The notes beneath the pieces are model-generated. The model was not told the origin of the DNA and made no database searches. It worked only from the letters and a program-made list of their open reading frames with translations. The position numbers were made by a program, and so were the translations under genes. A DNA stretch of 64,000 bases from Octopus vulgaris (Eukaryota), in assembly GCA_951406725.2 (NCBI GenBank), contig OX597835.1, positions 19,406,001 to 19,470,000 of the forward strand, read 5' to 3'. Positions 13,276-28,305 of this stretch are shown one piece after another. Every line of letters starts with the position of its first letter. The stretch's first letter is position 1.

Positions 13276-13628
13276 TATGGGTTCAGTCCCACTGTCTGGC
13301 ACCTTGGGCAAGTGTCTTCTACTATAGCCTCGGGCCGACCAAGGCCTTCTGAGTGGATTTGGTAGACGGAAACTGAAAGCCCGTCGTATATATGTATATA
13401 TATATATGTATGTATGTGTGTCTGTGTTTGTCCCCATAGCATTGCTTGACAACCGATGCTGGTGTGTTTATGTCCCCGTTACTTAGCGGTTCGGCAAAAG
13501 AGACCGATAGAATAAGTACTGGGCTTACAAAGAATAAGTCTCGGGTCGATTTGCTCGACTAAAGGCGGTGCTGCAGCATGGCCGCTGTCAAATGACTGAA
13601 ACAAGTAAAAGAGTAAAGAGTAAAGAGT
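13276..13628 (+). mobile_element. SINE type B (CORE-like), 5'-truncated
   Basis: GGTTCAGTCCC box B, CCTTGGGCAAGTGTCTT core-like segment and a (GTAAAAGA)n tail. Confidence 0.9.
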
Positions 13629-13787
13629 AATATATATATATGCGATGACAGGCGTCTTCCAGTTTCTATCTACCAGATCCACTCGCAAAATTTTGGTCGG
13701 GCCAACGCCAGAGTATAAGTCATGCAGTGGGACTGAACTCTGAACCGTGTAGTTGGGAAACAAGTATCTTACGACATAGCCATGTTA

Positions 13788-13823
<36 letters not shown>

Positions 13824-14069
13824 TCGCATGTTCTTTTACTGGTTTCAGTCATCAGACTGCGACCATGCTGGAGTACCGCCTTCAAGGAAACTATGTAAAT
13901 ATTATCGACATTCTCTCAATTATATCAATTTCGCATTTTGATACACGCCGATGACAGATCTTGTATTGTTGTGATTGTTGATATTGTTGTTATTTGACGC
14001 TACGCTTTTTCTGTGTCGTCCTATTTTCTTACCTCCCTAGCGTGGAGATGGATATACAGATATACAGAC

Positions 14070-14630
<561 letters not shown>

Positions 14631-14707
14631 CACGATGTATATTCTGCCGCTATCTATATATTTCTACGGCGGTATGTATCACTTTTTTTTTATCACATTA
14701 TACATGA

Positions 14708-14774
<67 letters not shown>

Positions 14775-15130
14775 GTATGTTTCTGTGAGATGACTTATTG
14801 ATTAAAAGCTGGAGCAGATTAATGAGCGTGAGTGTAGGTTTGTTTATGTTTATATAACAGGAACTTGTGATAGTGCATGTCACCCTACCGGAATTTGTAC
14901 GTGTTAGAGCTGTATCAATAAATACCACCGTGTTTCTCAATCATTCTTCTATCACACAAACCTACTATATCACATTCTTAGACTTCTCTTCTATTACATA
15001 ATGGAGAAAGTACATGCTTTGCATTTTTTATTGGATAGGTGGAGTGTTTAGTGCTTAGGAAATTATGCAAAAGTATGATTCTATTAGAATTACATGATTT
15101 GCGTGATAACTGCAATCAACTTCGGATATA

Positions 15131-15320
15131 TCTTTATATATAAAAGTCAAGTTGTGTGTCTGTCTCCTACGATTTAGATTCCTAACTACTCGCACATTTT
15201 GCGGTGCAGTTTAACCAAAACCGGGTATCTTATAGTCGTGATTCATATCGAGCCCTTCTGGGTTTTAGCGCGCGTCTACGATGAGTCTACGATTAAAAAA
15301 AAAAATTTACCATCATTTCA
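15131..15320 (+). mobile_element. Helitron-like 5' terminal fragment
   Basis: A^TCTTTATATATAAAAGTCAAGTTGTGTGTCTGTCTCCTACGATTT has the 5'-TC start and resembles the terminus at 60510, which precedes a RepHel-like N-terminus. Confidence 0.55.
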
Positions 15321-15440
15321 ATTTGCGTCATACTCACTAAAACAGAAGCAAGAACCTGAGAGAAAACAAGGGAAAACAGTGTCTATTAGTAGACATGGAG
15401 GTCTCAATATCTGCACAAAATAGAAGAGCAACCTTTGAAA

Positions 15441-15558
15441 ATGATTCCGGGTTCAGTCCCACTGCGTGGCACCTTGGGAAAGTGTCTTCTACTATAGCTT
15501 CGGACCGACCAAAGCCATGTGAGTGGATTTGGTAGACGGAAACTGAAAGAAGCCCGTC

Positions 15559-15598
<40 letters not shown>

Positions 15599-15821
15599 GC
15601 GTGTGTGTGTTTGTGTGTCTGTGTTTGTTCCCCTAGCATTGCTTGACAACCGATGCTGGTGTGTTTATGTCCCCGTTACTTAGCGGTTCGGCAAAAGAGA
15701 CCGATAGAATAAGTAATGGGCTTACAAAAGAATAAGTCCCTGGGTCGAGTTGCTCGACTAAAAGGCGGTGCTCCAGCACGGCCGCAGTCAAATGACTGAA
15801 ACAAGTAAAAGAGTAAAAGAG
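15441..15821 (+). mobile_element. SINE type B
   Basis: High identity to other type B copies, with a GTAAAAGA tail. Confidence 0.9.
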
Positions 15822-16509
15822 TTTATGAGAGCATTTTTATACACAGTGATAATTTGTTAATCTCATCCGTTGTTGATGATTTCAAAAGAGTGTATTTGTT
15901 TGTCCTTGCATGATGCGTGTTGCTGTATAGGACTGAGCAACGCATATCATGCAAAATTCGAGTGACGACGCTCATAGTTACTTCTCAACTTCTTAGACAC
16001 TCATTTTATTTCGACCATGAAGACATCACGCTCCATGAAATTGTTTACTATTCATTCTGCCTCATAGCTGCTCCTTGCAAAAACCTGATAATATTGTACT
16101 CGATAACTTTGGTCTGTGATGTTGATCTTTTCATCCATTCTGAAAAGCTTAAAAGAAAACATATTTATCAAAAAGAAAACATACTTCAATATTTCTTAAA
16201 ATCGAATTTCTCGCACACGACAGCAGCAGGCAAGTCTATTCTCTATTAGTCTGGCTGATGGAAAACAAACAACGAATGACATTCTGTTGAGTGCCTCGTT
16301 TCAAATTTACAATGGAGAGAACGCAAGAAAATTGCATGAATATATAACGAAAGAAAGGCAACTAAGAAATGATATCATGCACAGACATCAGGTGCAAGCG
16401 TAGCTGTGTGGTAAGAAGCTTGTATAGCACCTTCGGCAAGTGTCTTCTACTATAGCCTGGAACCAACCAAGGCCTTGGAAGTGGAGTTGGTAGAGGGAAA
16501 ACGGTATTA

Positions 16510-16596
16510 AAGGTGGTGTTGTGGATTTCCACCTCGGCATCCGAGACTCAGAGTTTTATGTTGGCTATTGAATAATTGGCACATATTATTTTACAG

Positions 16597-16686
<90 letters not shown>

Positions 16687-16763
16687 CTATATATATATAT
16701 ATAACTATATATATATATATATATATGTTGGTTATTGAATAATTGGCACATATTATTTTACAG

Positions 16764-16771
<8 letters not shown>
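16510..16771 (+). mobile_element. Degenerate, 5'-truncated copy of hammerhead family H3 with a repeated 3' segment
   Basis: GGTGTTGTGGATTTCCACCTCGGCATCCGAGACTCAGAGTTTTAT matches 60373-60417. The ~47-nt 3' piece recurs at 16724-16771 after (TA)n. Confidence 0.65.
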
Positions 16772-16806
<35 letters not shown>

Positions 16807-16810
<4 letters not shown>

Positions 16811-17270
16811 CTCAGAACCTAAGACAGACGAAATACTGCTAAGCCCTTCACCTGCTAACGTTTCTTTTTTCGTTACTGCTACATACAGAGGGAACAAACA
16901 AGGACAGACAAACGGATTAAGTCGATTATATCGATCCCAGTGCGTAACTGGTACTTATTTAATCGACCCCGAAAGGATGACAGAAAAAGTTTACCTCGGT
17001 GGAATTTGAACTTAGAGCGTAGCGGCAGACGAAATACCTATTTCTTTACTACTCACAAGGGGCGAAACACAGAGAGGACAAACAAAGGACAGACAAACGG
17101 ATTAAATCGATTATAGCGACCCCAGTGCGTAACTGGAACCTATTTAATCGACCCCGAAAGGATGAAAGGCAAATTCGACCTCGGCGGAATTTGAACTCAG
17201 AACAAAGATAGACGAAATACCGCTAAACATTTCACCCGACGTGCTAACTTTTCTGCCAGCTCGCCGCCTT
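16807..17270 (-). mobile_element. SINE A tandem multimer
   Basis: Reverse-complement head at ~17270 followed by repeated bodies. Confidence 0.85.
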
Positions 17271-18088
17271 CAATAATTATAATTATTATAATAATTGTCT
17301 GAAGAATGACTTGACTCCTTTAGACAGCAAATACACAATAAGGAGAGTGCGATGTGATTTGAAATGACTTAGAGACATTTCTACTTTATGCTTATCTTCT
17401 TCGGGTTCAAAATTGAAAACAGAAAATTAAAGAGACGTATAAGCAAAAAAAAAAAAAACAAGATTTCAAGTGAAAATAATAATAGGTTGTACAAGAATAC
17501 ACGAAGTACCAGTGATACACTATTTACGTGAATATACGTGCATATCTAAAAGCGTATATATTTATTAATTTGCGTAAACGTTGTTGGAGTTATTAGATCT
17601 CGTATTGATATACATATTAAACATTTCTGTGTGAGTGTACAAGTCATGGATGAATATAACATGGCTTCAAACACGAGAGCTCTGATAAAATTGATACACT
17701 TGTGTTTCTGTTTCTTCTAAGTTATGTTTATTGGTGTTGTTGTTGTTGTTGTTGTTGCTTTTTTCCCTCGTTATTATTTGAATATGTTCAGTCATATTTC
17801 TAAGTTTATTGTTTGTATGTTGTATACATAATAGCTTCCCATCATCAGACTGCACCAGATTTTAGTAAATAAACTTACAAAACAGAAATGCATACATAAA
17901 CAAATATAAATATGATACAACAACCAAAAAAAAAAAAATAAATAAAATAAATAAAATAAGTGGTTGCCATATAGAGCCATGGCGATAGATAGATATACAT
18001 ACATACATATATAGCAATACATTTATGAATTGTGAAAGATGATTAAAATAATAGCGACAGAAAATACAAGTTTATCTATCTATCTATG

Positions 18089-18213
<125 letters not shown>

Positions 18214-18222
18214 ATCTATATA

Positions 18223-18255
<33 letters not shown>

Positions 18256-18274
18256 CTCTATGTATCTATTTCTG

Positions 18275-18320
<46 letters not shown>

Positions 18321-18390
18321 CTAACTATATGTATATACCTATCTCTCTATGTATCTATTTTGCATATATATGTATATATATATACATACA

Positions 18391-18462
<72 letters not shown>

Positions 18463-18553
18463 TATATTTGTGTCTCATTAGGTATGCACAGGTACACACA
18501 GAAATATATATGTATGCACAAATATTTTTCCATCCATACAGACACGGAGACAT

Positions 18554-18587
<34 letters not shown>

Positions 18588-19428
18588 GCATGGACGCACA
18601 TACATAAGTCAGTATGAATTTAGAGAGAAAGTGATGGAGACAGAGTGAGGGAGGAATAGAGATATAGAGAAAGTGAGAAGGGGAGACATGGAATGTTATA
18701 TACATATATTTATATTTTATGTTGGATTAATTCTTCAAAATGGAACAAATCTCATTTTACCAAAATTTCCAAAACATTGCATCAAAAGAATTTGCATATA
18801 TGTATTTGTTATTGTTTATTTTATTATATTTATAGTGTGTAAATTTTCCTGATTATTTTCTTTTTTTTGTTTTTGTTTTGAACAAATTCTTCGAGATTTT
18901 AATGGTTTTCGAAAATCTCGACAGATTCTTTGAAATAAGTGAATTAATTAATAGCTTGGTGGAAAGTTCTGTTGCCAAACAAATTATCTTCCATTGGCGT
19001 GACATGATGATCGGCCTATAGAATGTTCTCTTTCTATTTATCAGAACACATCGGAGAGAAGAAAAAAGAAAATGGTGCTAAATTAAAAGCGATAAGATTC
19101 AAGGACAAGAATATGTATATTACTACTCGGTTCCATAGAAACTTCCACAATACATTACCTAATTGATATCTGAATCTTCGATGTGTTCTTACAAAGACAT
19201 TATCTTCTTGGGAAGTTTGGCAATTTCAAAAATTGAAGACAAGGTTGATGATGGATCTAAACTTGATGAGAGTGGTGATGACGATGTCGACACTGCTTAG
19301 AATTATATTATTCCAATGATGATGATGAGGAGGAGAATGACGATAATGATGATATTTGATATTAATAACCTTATTATTTGCTATCACTATCGCTGTTTGT
19401 AATTCAATAATTATATATATTCTTACAC

Positions 19429-19516
<88 letters not shown>

Positions 19517-20402
19517 TTGTATGTATGTATACGTTATACGTTTCTACATATATACTTATGTATATTGATGTTTGTGTAATGCAAATATATGCGCGTATAT
19601 CTGATTATGAGTAAACTTTCCTGTAATTGTACATTAATATATGTGTGTACAGTAATATGTGTGTGTGGGCGAGCACATATTGTACATAAATATGTGTGTG
19701 TGTGTGCCTGTCAATGTGTTTGTGTATACCTTGTCTATGCGGAAGTAGTTTTAGATATGCTCAGTAATTGAAATTAATTTATATGCATATAATATCGTGC
19801 ATAAATCTGGACTATTAATTCATCTTATAATTTAGAATATCGAAAAATAATATTCTGAAATATAACGTGGTATATTTAAATATAGATTTATTACAGCAAA
19901 TTTCAAAACCTTTACATATTTTAAAGATTGTACATCAATAGGGATATATTTGCTAATGACAAAATGTTGAAGCATCTGATTGTTACGGAATGCCACGGAA
20001 CCGTTCTACAATGAAAATATACCAGCGTTTTCTTTTTACCGCGAGTTCATGAAACAATGAGAAATATATGAATGTCACAGCAAAGCAACTATTCTTTTTT
20101 TTCTGTCATTGCTAATTATTACGGCACTCTATTTTGGTATAGTGAAACATTTAATGTTGTATTGATAGAAACTTTATCGTGTAATTTCAAACTTTGAAAG
20201 ATTCTACTACACTCTGGTAATATAAAATGGTAATGTATAACTCTTGATCATTACATTGAATAAAAGCAGAATATTATTGTAATGCAATATTGTATGACCC
20301 GAACCCAGCCGGGTGAGAATCGGTATTCATTACGTGGCACCTACAATATTTTATCGAACCAAACACGAGGAAATACAAGTTCGACTCCAACTAGATTCGA
20401 GG

Positions 20403-21114
20403 TTAGAACTTGAAAAAAATTAAGTAAATATCGCAAAATGGTCTATCAAGACTTGCAATAATGAGGGGCCGGATTGGGTTAAGTAGGTAAATGCAAACTG
20501 TGTTGCACTGACAAGTTGGTGTAAATACGCGAAGTCTAAATTTTGCGAATAGTCTGATGACCCTCCGGCCCGAGGACACCTTTCTCATAACGATCTCAGA
20601 CGCTTCGTAAATAACTTTGTGGGCGGAAAATTTACTCCTGCAGTAAACCAATATAAAGTCCTTTCGAAATGACACAGTGTTTGTGGTAACAACCTTAACA
20701 ATAGAGTATCGACTAACAAGATTATCAACTCACATAGTCATACGTAGATATTTCCTTTAATATAAATTATATGAAATTTACAGCGATGTTTATAATTCTA
20801 TGTAATAAACCAGCAAGGCTTATTCTACACCCAGAAAAATAAAAAATATCTTTCTCTTAACCCTTTCGTTATATCTCGTTCACATTAGAACTTGAAAAAA
20901 ATTAAGTAAATATCGCAAAATAGTCTATCAAGACTTGCAATAATGAGGGGCCGGATTGGGTTAAGTAGGTAACTGCAAACTGTGTTGCACTGACAAGTTG
21001 GTGTAAATACGCGAAGTCTAAATTTTGCGAATAGTCTGATGACCCTCCGGCCCGAGGACACCTTTCTCATAACGATCTCAGACGCTTCGTAAATAAGTTT
21101 GTGGGCGGAAAATT
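20403..21114. repeat. ~230-bp direct repeat (20403-20632 and 20885-21114)
   Basis: The copies differ at about three positions and are separated by a 252-bp unique spacer. Confidence 0.95.
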
Positions 21115-24100
21115 GGTTCAGTGGCATCATACAGCTCTTAGGTGAATTTTGGTTTTCTGTTAGAGACATGAGAAATTTGAATCCTAGCTGAAGAACACCA
21201 CTTCTTTTGTTTTCTCTAGTCCATGAAGCTTAAACAAGTTTGAAGGGGACAGCCCTTTATTCACTGACAACTTAATAAAACAAAATTTTGTGTGCGCTAC
21301 GTCTGAAGCAAAATGCAGGATGGTGATTGCTGGAATATAAGTTGGTCGTATCTTTAGGTATTTAAATAAAAGGCGACAAGGTACTAAACAAATTTTACAG
21401 CACCAACGAGGGTAACATTATGGAATATTTAGAAATAAACCGGAATGTTTCGATGATAACAAATTGTCACTTCATTAATCTGACACTGATCCATACTTAG
21501 ATTGTGTATTACGTCATCACTATTTCAACGATGCTTTTGTATTTAGGATAAATCAGCTTCAGATTCTCTCTCTCTCCAACATACACACAAGTGCACAGCG
21601 GTATACACGTGTCATTACTGAGGAACGTCTTTGCACATAAGACAAACCGATTTATTGCGTTATCCCTTTATTTCTCTCAATCAGTATGTATCTCAGTGAA
21701 TTACGTATAAGCCATATCATTAACGAAAGGAATATTGTGACAAACTTTCAATTCCCGTGGGAGATAGTGTCGTCTTTAAATTATCACCAACCAAAATTCA
21801 AACTATATGACACACTCAGAATATACAGAACTTATCTCTACCTAAGTATGATCATTTAAATAATTATGTATCGATTTCGTACAATGAAACAGCTTTCTAG
21901 AGGGAAGCCTCGACACCTGAACTGTTGGGAGCATAACTGAAATTTACATAAAATCGTACACTGTGAAACATATTAAAGAATACAGATATATAGGAGAGAA
22001 TAATCCTACATATTCAAATGATGTAACAATAAGTGGAAAGTAATTAATCATAAGCACCTGTTGGAAATGATTGCGATCATAGAGAGGTCGTTGATAGAGC
22101 TGATAGGAATAACGGTGATATCAGACCGTATGGAGGAGAGATGAATGATTCGGGAGGAATAGAATAGATAAGACAATAGCCTTCACCGAGAAATACAACC
22201 GGCTTTCATAACAATAATTCATCTTGGAAAGAGAAATATATGACGAAAAATATTGGTGCCAGAACCATCCGGTTATATTAACCGTAGTGTAATAAAACAG
22301 TGAATTATAACATCTGTAATTGTCTTTTTTATGCTGCTTCTGATATTGTTTGTTTATTTGGCTTCTTCACACATCCACCCCGAGCTGAAAGTTATTACTG
22401 TCAGAACGATTCTGCTTTGTTAACAATGATCTTAAAACCAAAATTTATTGTCCAAAATGTTCTTCATTGTTTATTAGGATTACGATAGCTTTCCAGGAGA
22501 CCTCTTTGAGCAACTTTCCAATGACATTATTTAGGTGTCTGATCTCGAGTTATTTCATTTTTTTTTCTTACTTTAAATACTTTTAAGGGCGTAAAGTTTG
22601 GTTCGAGAACCATTTGGTTGCTATTTCTCGAGGATACATCGGTTTAGTTAAGGATCGCTTTTTGCCCTCATTTTAAAATACAAAAATTTGCACAAATAAT
22701 CTGGTTTCATTGTAGGAGATATTTCTTATTCTTGACGTTGTGAAATGACATCCAGCTTGTTTGAAACTATACTGCAGATTCCTTTCTGTAGTGTTTGCTT
22801 CTTGTTCAATCATACAATAACTGCTTACGTATATCATTCAGTATTGATGACGCATTGCTAAAGAAAGGTACAGGAGCATTGATTCGCTGCGAAAACCAAT
22901 CATTTATGTTCTAAGCAACATGTTATACAGTCTGATTGAAGATATATATATATATGTGCAAAGCATATTATTTATTAAAGATTTCCTTTCAAGGTCATCG
23001 CTGTTTAATACCAGAATATGTTTCTGCTGCAGCATTCCTTTATGCCACAGTGACAAAGGTTTTTCGAAAACATCTCTGTACTGCAAGATACAGTAAATCT
23101 ACATTAACATTTCGCATCGGAAATAATCAATAACTGATAAATACAAACAATTGTAGACCAAACGGAGAAGGAATATAAAATAAGGAATAACAAATGATAT
23201 CAAGAAAATAGCCGATTCTTTTGTCAGATGACCCACAATTATTCTTATTTGGGTCACATGAACCAATGGGCTCTTTTGGAAATATTAAATCATCTTCACA
23301 CTTGATTAACTGATTAGATTATATCTTATCGTATTTTGCTTTAACTTGCTGCAAAGTTTTAGACATATTCTATAAAGGTCAGCATTTATGCGGCTGTTTG
23401 ATATTGGCACGAAGCTGAGAGGTGATATTTTATAATAGCAGTGCCATGTTTCTGTTCTGATTTCAATAACTAATTGCTGAAAATAATAGACGAGCCATTT
23501 GCATGATGCCATAAAGTGTAGTTGACACAATTTCGTTTCCAATAGAATTTGAAGATAAACTATTAATGCTGATATCAACGATACTCAGCTCTAACAAGAT
23601 AAAGTAAGAAACTGGATTCATATAATGTAGAAAGAAAAACTATATGTTATTCTTCGAAAGAAGAAGGACAGTATAGCGGACGAAGACACCGTGATGGAGA
23701 TCGGTGTGCTCGAAAAAATAAATATGGTAAATCTGTTTCAAAAGAGCGCAGCCAACGGTGCTAATGGAAGAATGCGTATAATAATGTACATTTAGTATAA
23801 TATATTAAAATGTGAGATGGTGGAGTCGAGCCAGAAGGTGTTTCAACACACAAATTGACTGATCAAGGCCAACACAGAGAAAAAAAAGAACAGTAAAACA
23901 TATATATATATATCAATATTCTACTTCCAAATCGAACTGAAATGAGAGATCTTAGATTATTGCTTCACCTGTTCGATATAGCAAGAAAATAATTCCTCAA
24001 ATAAACCCAATCTATTGTAACACGTAGTCATATTGGGAGAAATAGTCGTAGGTAGAGATTGGGTCTGATTAAAACACGAGATGTTAACGGTATATATATT

Positions 24101-24151
24101 TCGATTATAGATATTGTGGCAGAAGGCTAGAAACAAATAGTTTATAAGTGC

Positions 24152-24208
<57 letters not shown>

Positions 24209-24698
24209 CAGACACATATAAAAAGAGAGGGAGGAATAGGTAGATAGATAGGGATATAAATATATTCCTTTCCTTTACTTGACCACGGCCATGATGGAGT
24301 GACGCCTTTGGTCGAAAATATCGACCCAGATAGATAGACATTAATTAATATTCATCAGACACACGTTTTCCACAATAGTAAACCAAATTTAAATTTTATA
24401 GAAGGTAGATTTTTCCCTCCTATAACCGACTGGCCTTGTGCCTAGAGTAGAAATTATTAATCAGAGTGTAAAGGCAAGAATATTGTTTTTCACATTATCA
24501 TATTCAGTAGACATCAGCAGCTATGACAGACTGGTAAGAATCTTGCTTGTCAACCATATGGTTCTGGGCTCAGTCTCACTGCGTGACAACTCGGGTGAAC
24601 ATATTTTCACTACAGCCCCGGGCCTGCCATAGTTTTGTTAGTGGATTTGGTTGAAGGTAAAACTGAAAGGCTACCATATATATTTTTATAGATGTATA

Positions 24699-25391
24699 CA
24701 AGGTGCGATGGGTAAATTATCGCCATTTTATGTTTTTAATTTCGCGCATGCGCATTGTCTGTTTTTGATTTTGTCGACTATAGAGTATAGTATGATCAGC
24801 TGGGCACCATCTGTGAGAAAAAAAACCAACCCTATGACTGATTTCACTCTGCAATAAATACAGAAACGACATGATGTGCTGTTTGACATTCACGCCAGAA
24901 GCTCCAATACGAACATTTCAAAGTGTCTGTGGTGACAGTTTGAGGACACTGCCATCTCAGGATACGTACCGAGAGTGATAAAAATCAAACATCCAGTCAA
25001 CAATGGTGTTTGGAGTGATCACCAGTGAGTGCAACATTATGCCTCCGTTCATCTTCCCACAGGGATTCAAACTTAATACGGAGACCTACATGAAGTGCCT
25101 GGAGGAGATAGTGCTGCCGTAGATGAGGAGCACGTTTTCTGTAAGATCCTATATCAGGCAACAGGAATCTGCCCTATGTCACACAAGCAGAAGAACCCAA
25201 TTGTGGCTGTCAGACGATTTCTGGGATCACATCACCCCTAGCATCTGGCCATCAAAGTCTCTAGACTGCAAACACCTTGATTAATATGTGTGGAGTGCAG
25301 TTGAGTGAGAGACCAACAACACTCCTTGTAACGTCAAAGATGGACTGAAGGCAAGGATTATGGCAGCATTCACCGAATTAAACAAGGAGAG
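24699..25391 (+). mobile_element. Decayed Tc1/mariner transposon, DD37D (maT) type
   Basis: TA^CAAGGTG terminus. Translation from ~25000 gives MVFGVITSECNIMPPFIFPQG..QQ(D>E)SALCHTS..IWPSKSLDCKHLD*YVWSAVE, with 37 residues between the second and third catalytic positions. Contains stops and an internal deletion. Confidence 0.85.
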
Positions 25392-25868
25392 AGTCTTCTC
25401 TTCCTTCATCAGTAGAACACTCTAGGCGAAATATATGAAAATATTTATACATGCTGATGTGGCTAGTCATTGACACCCCTGACGGAATATAGAATAGATT
25501 ATAAGAGAATACACTTGTAAAGAGTAGAGGTCGATAGTAGTGGAGAGAACGTTTTAGACGACAATATATTCATCGCAGCGTCTATGTGTGTGTGCGTGTG
25601 TGTGTGTGCGTGTGTGTGTGTGTGCGTGTGTGTGTGTGCGTGTGTGTGTGTGTGTGTGTGCGTGTCTGAGCTTGTCTCGAACTACGGCTCGACGAGCAGT
25701 GTACGTCGAGTGAACACATTGATTAAACCTCCACTGCATAATTTATATATACCAACCTGTGGCAAGATAGAAAAGTGGCGATGAGATATTCGAAGCTCGT
25801 GTAAGACGGTTAATTATTTTTTTTTTTTTGTACGAAACCCCCCCCCAAAAAAAAAAGAATTAACATAG

Positions 25869-26112
25869 ATTTGTTGGCTCGCGTGGTACAGTTGAAACAG
25901 CAACAATACCAGCAGATACTGGAAGCTATGTTGAAGAAGTCTTAAAATTTGAAATCGATATCTACATAAGATTCAATTCTGGTACTTCCGATAAAATAGC
26001 AACAACCAAAATATACTCCATTCTGAAGATGAGACTGAGAAAAACTAGAACATTCGACGTTGGATTTACAAATGCTTTCGCAACCATACAATCTACAACA
26101 AATATACTAAAT
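25869..26112 (+). CDS. Candidate isolated coding exon of an unidentified host gene
   Basis: CATAG^ acceptor, 81 open non-repetitive codons (FVGSRGTVETATIPADTGSYVEEVLKFEIDIYIRFNSG..TTNILN), and ^GTAAGA donor, with in-frame stops just outside both ends. The polypyrimidine tract is weak. Confidence 0.35.
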
Positions 26113-26168
26113 GTAAGAATATAGGCAGTACGTAATGGTATTTTCAAAAATTGTCTAAAAGAACATCT

Positions 26169-26201
<33 letters not shown>

Positions 26202-26644
26202 TTCAAAACACAAATTTCCACACATCTAAAAGCGTAACATACACATACACACACGTCACGTTCATATATATACAGAAGTGTAGATCTAGAATCAGATAAA
26301 ATCTAAAATGGTGAAAAAAAAACCTCTCTTCCAGCGAATGAGCCATGCAGACATCCATCCAGCTATGCAGTCAGAGAAACAGGCAAATATATAGAAAGTC
26401 TAGCAGTCGAATGTTTACCAATGAAAATAAAATAAACACTAACTGTGTGATCAACGAATTGATAAGTATAAAGATAAGATCAACTCGAATAAATTTGTCA
26501 ATAGAAAATCTAAAATATATAGAGGTATGTGCATATATGTATGTTCATATATATATATGTGTGCATGTATCTGTATGTATAAATAAGTATATATATATAT
26601 ATAAGTATATATATATATATATATAAGTATATATATATATATGC

Positions 26645-26690
<46 letters not shown>

Positions 26691-26860
26691 GTATATATAT
26701 ATATGTGTGTGTATATATAAATGTATATATATAGGTAATATATACGCATATATATGTGTATATATATATATATATAAGTATATATATACATATGTGTATA
26801 TATGTATATAGAAATGTATATATATACTTATATAAGTATATATATATATCTATCTCTCTA

Positions 26861-26930
<70 letters not shown>

Positions 26931-27350
26931 CATATATATATATATATAATGTCAATACAAACGCTGAATCGTGTTGAGTAAAATATATTTTATGACATAT
27001 TTACAGAAGTTTATTTCAAGTAATACTTTATTGTTGTACGTATTTTAAAAAGAAACGGGTGAGGTGGGGGGAGAAGAAACCCGTGAAGAGGCGGATAAAG
27101 AGAAACGAAGAAGAGATAAACAGTATAACCAAGATTGGAATAAATAAAATAAAATAAGAGAATAAGTAGAGAGAATCGACTTGTCTGGAAGAATGTCATA
27201 AATCCTTGTGGCTGTCTTCAATAAAACTGCTGCAAACAGCTTCCCATCCTCAAAAGACATCGGTTTGTGTTCGTGTTGGTGACGTGTATTTTGTGTCACA
27301 ACTTTTTCTCGTTAAATGCCTCTTATACGCCCATAACTTCATGTGCACCA

Positions 27351-27381
<31 letters not shown>

Positions 27382-27880
27382 CAATTTCTTTATCACTTTT
27401 TATGGGTCTACATTCGGAAAGAATTTGTGCATATGTCTGTGCCTGAATGACAAATTTCGTGAGTAAGTTTGCGTATGTTTAGCTGAGTTTGTAACTGCGT
27501 GTGTAATATTGTCAGTAAGAAAATGTTTTATATATATATAATTAATAGTATTGTGTCATTCGAGACGAAGCGAAAACTCCATATGTAGGAGGAGGACGTT
27601 CTATCTAAAGTGTATTTCAAGAAACCAACAAATTGACTCGAAAGAATGGATCTCAATTATTGATTATTTATGCTCCCGGACACGAAAACAACGAATGGTA
27701 AAGTTAACATATGCAATATTTGAGCTGAGAACGTGAAGTGCCCGATTCAATTAACGAGCGTGTCTTGGAGAGCTGAAGCAATGTTGCCAATTTCTCAGCT
27801 GTCTACACACAAACAGTCATAAGAATTGAGATACACACACTGATACATACGAATATAAACACAGACACACGCAAACACAC

Positions 27881-27910
<30 letters not shown>

Positions 27911-27912
<2 letters not shown>

Positions 27913-28179
27913 GATTCTTTATTGGCCACACAGGGCTGCACACAGATGGGACAAGTTAGAAGGTAGAGCTTTTCTTTTGCGGGAGAAAAAAAAAGGTGGC
28001 GTAGGTTTTCGATCAAAAGGGATCGTAAAAGGGAAAAAAGAACAAAAAAAACAAGAAAAAAAAGAAAAAAAGGAAAAGAAAAAGAAAAAATGGAAAAGGA
28101 ACAAAAGAAAAGAAAAATGAAAAAAGAAGAAAAAAGAGGAAAAAAGGGGAAGAGGAAAAAAAACGGTCAATAGGGATCG

Positions 28180-28180
<1 letters not shown>
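27911..28180 (-). mobile_element. Probable 3' UTR of a non-LTR element inserted into (GATA)n
   Basis: Unique 270 bp with (GATA)n on both sides. The minus strand is T-rich and ends ..GGCCAATAAAGAATCTT(ATCT)n. Confidence 0.55.
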
Positions 28181-28234
<54 letters not shown>

Positions 28235-28243
28235 ATAGATAGC

Positions 28244-28305
<62 letters not shown>

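Noticed and set aside
19040-19320. Possible decayed CR1/L2 C-terminal coding remnant
   Set aside because: The similarity is too faint to support without a profile search.
20554-20580. CTGATGA followed by a CCTC/GAGG hairpin (also at ~21036)
   Set aside because: No GAAA follows the hairpin, so there is no hammerhead core.
22190-22240. Minus-strand ..AAGATGA..GAAAGCCGGTT resembling a decayed hammerhead
   Set aside because: The core lacks CUG and stems I and II do not pair convincingly.
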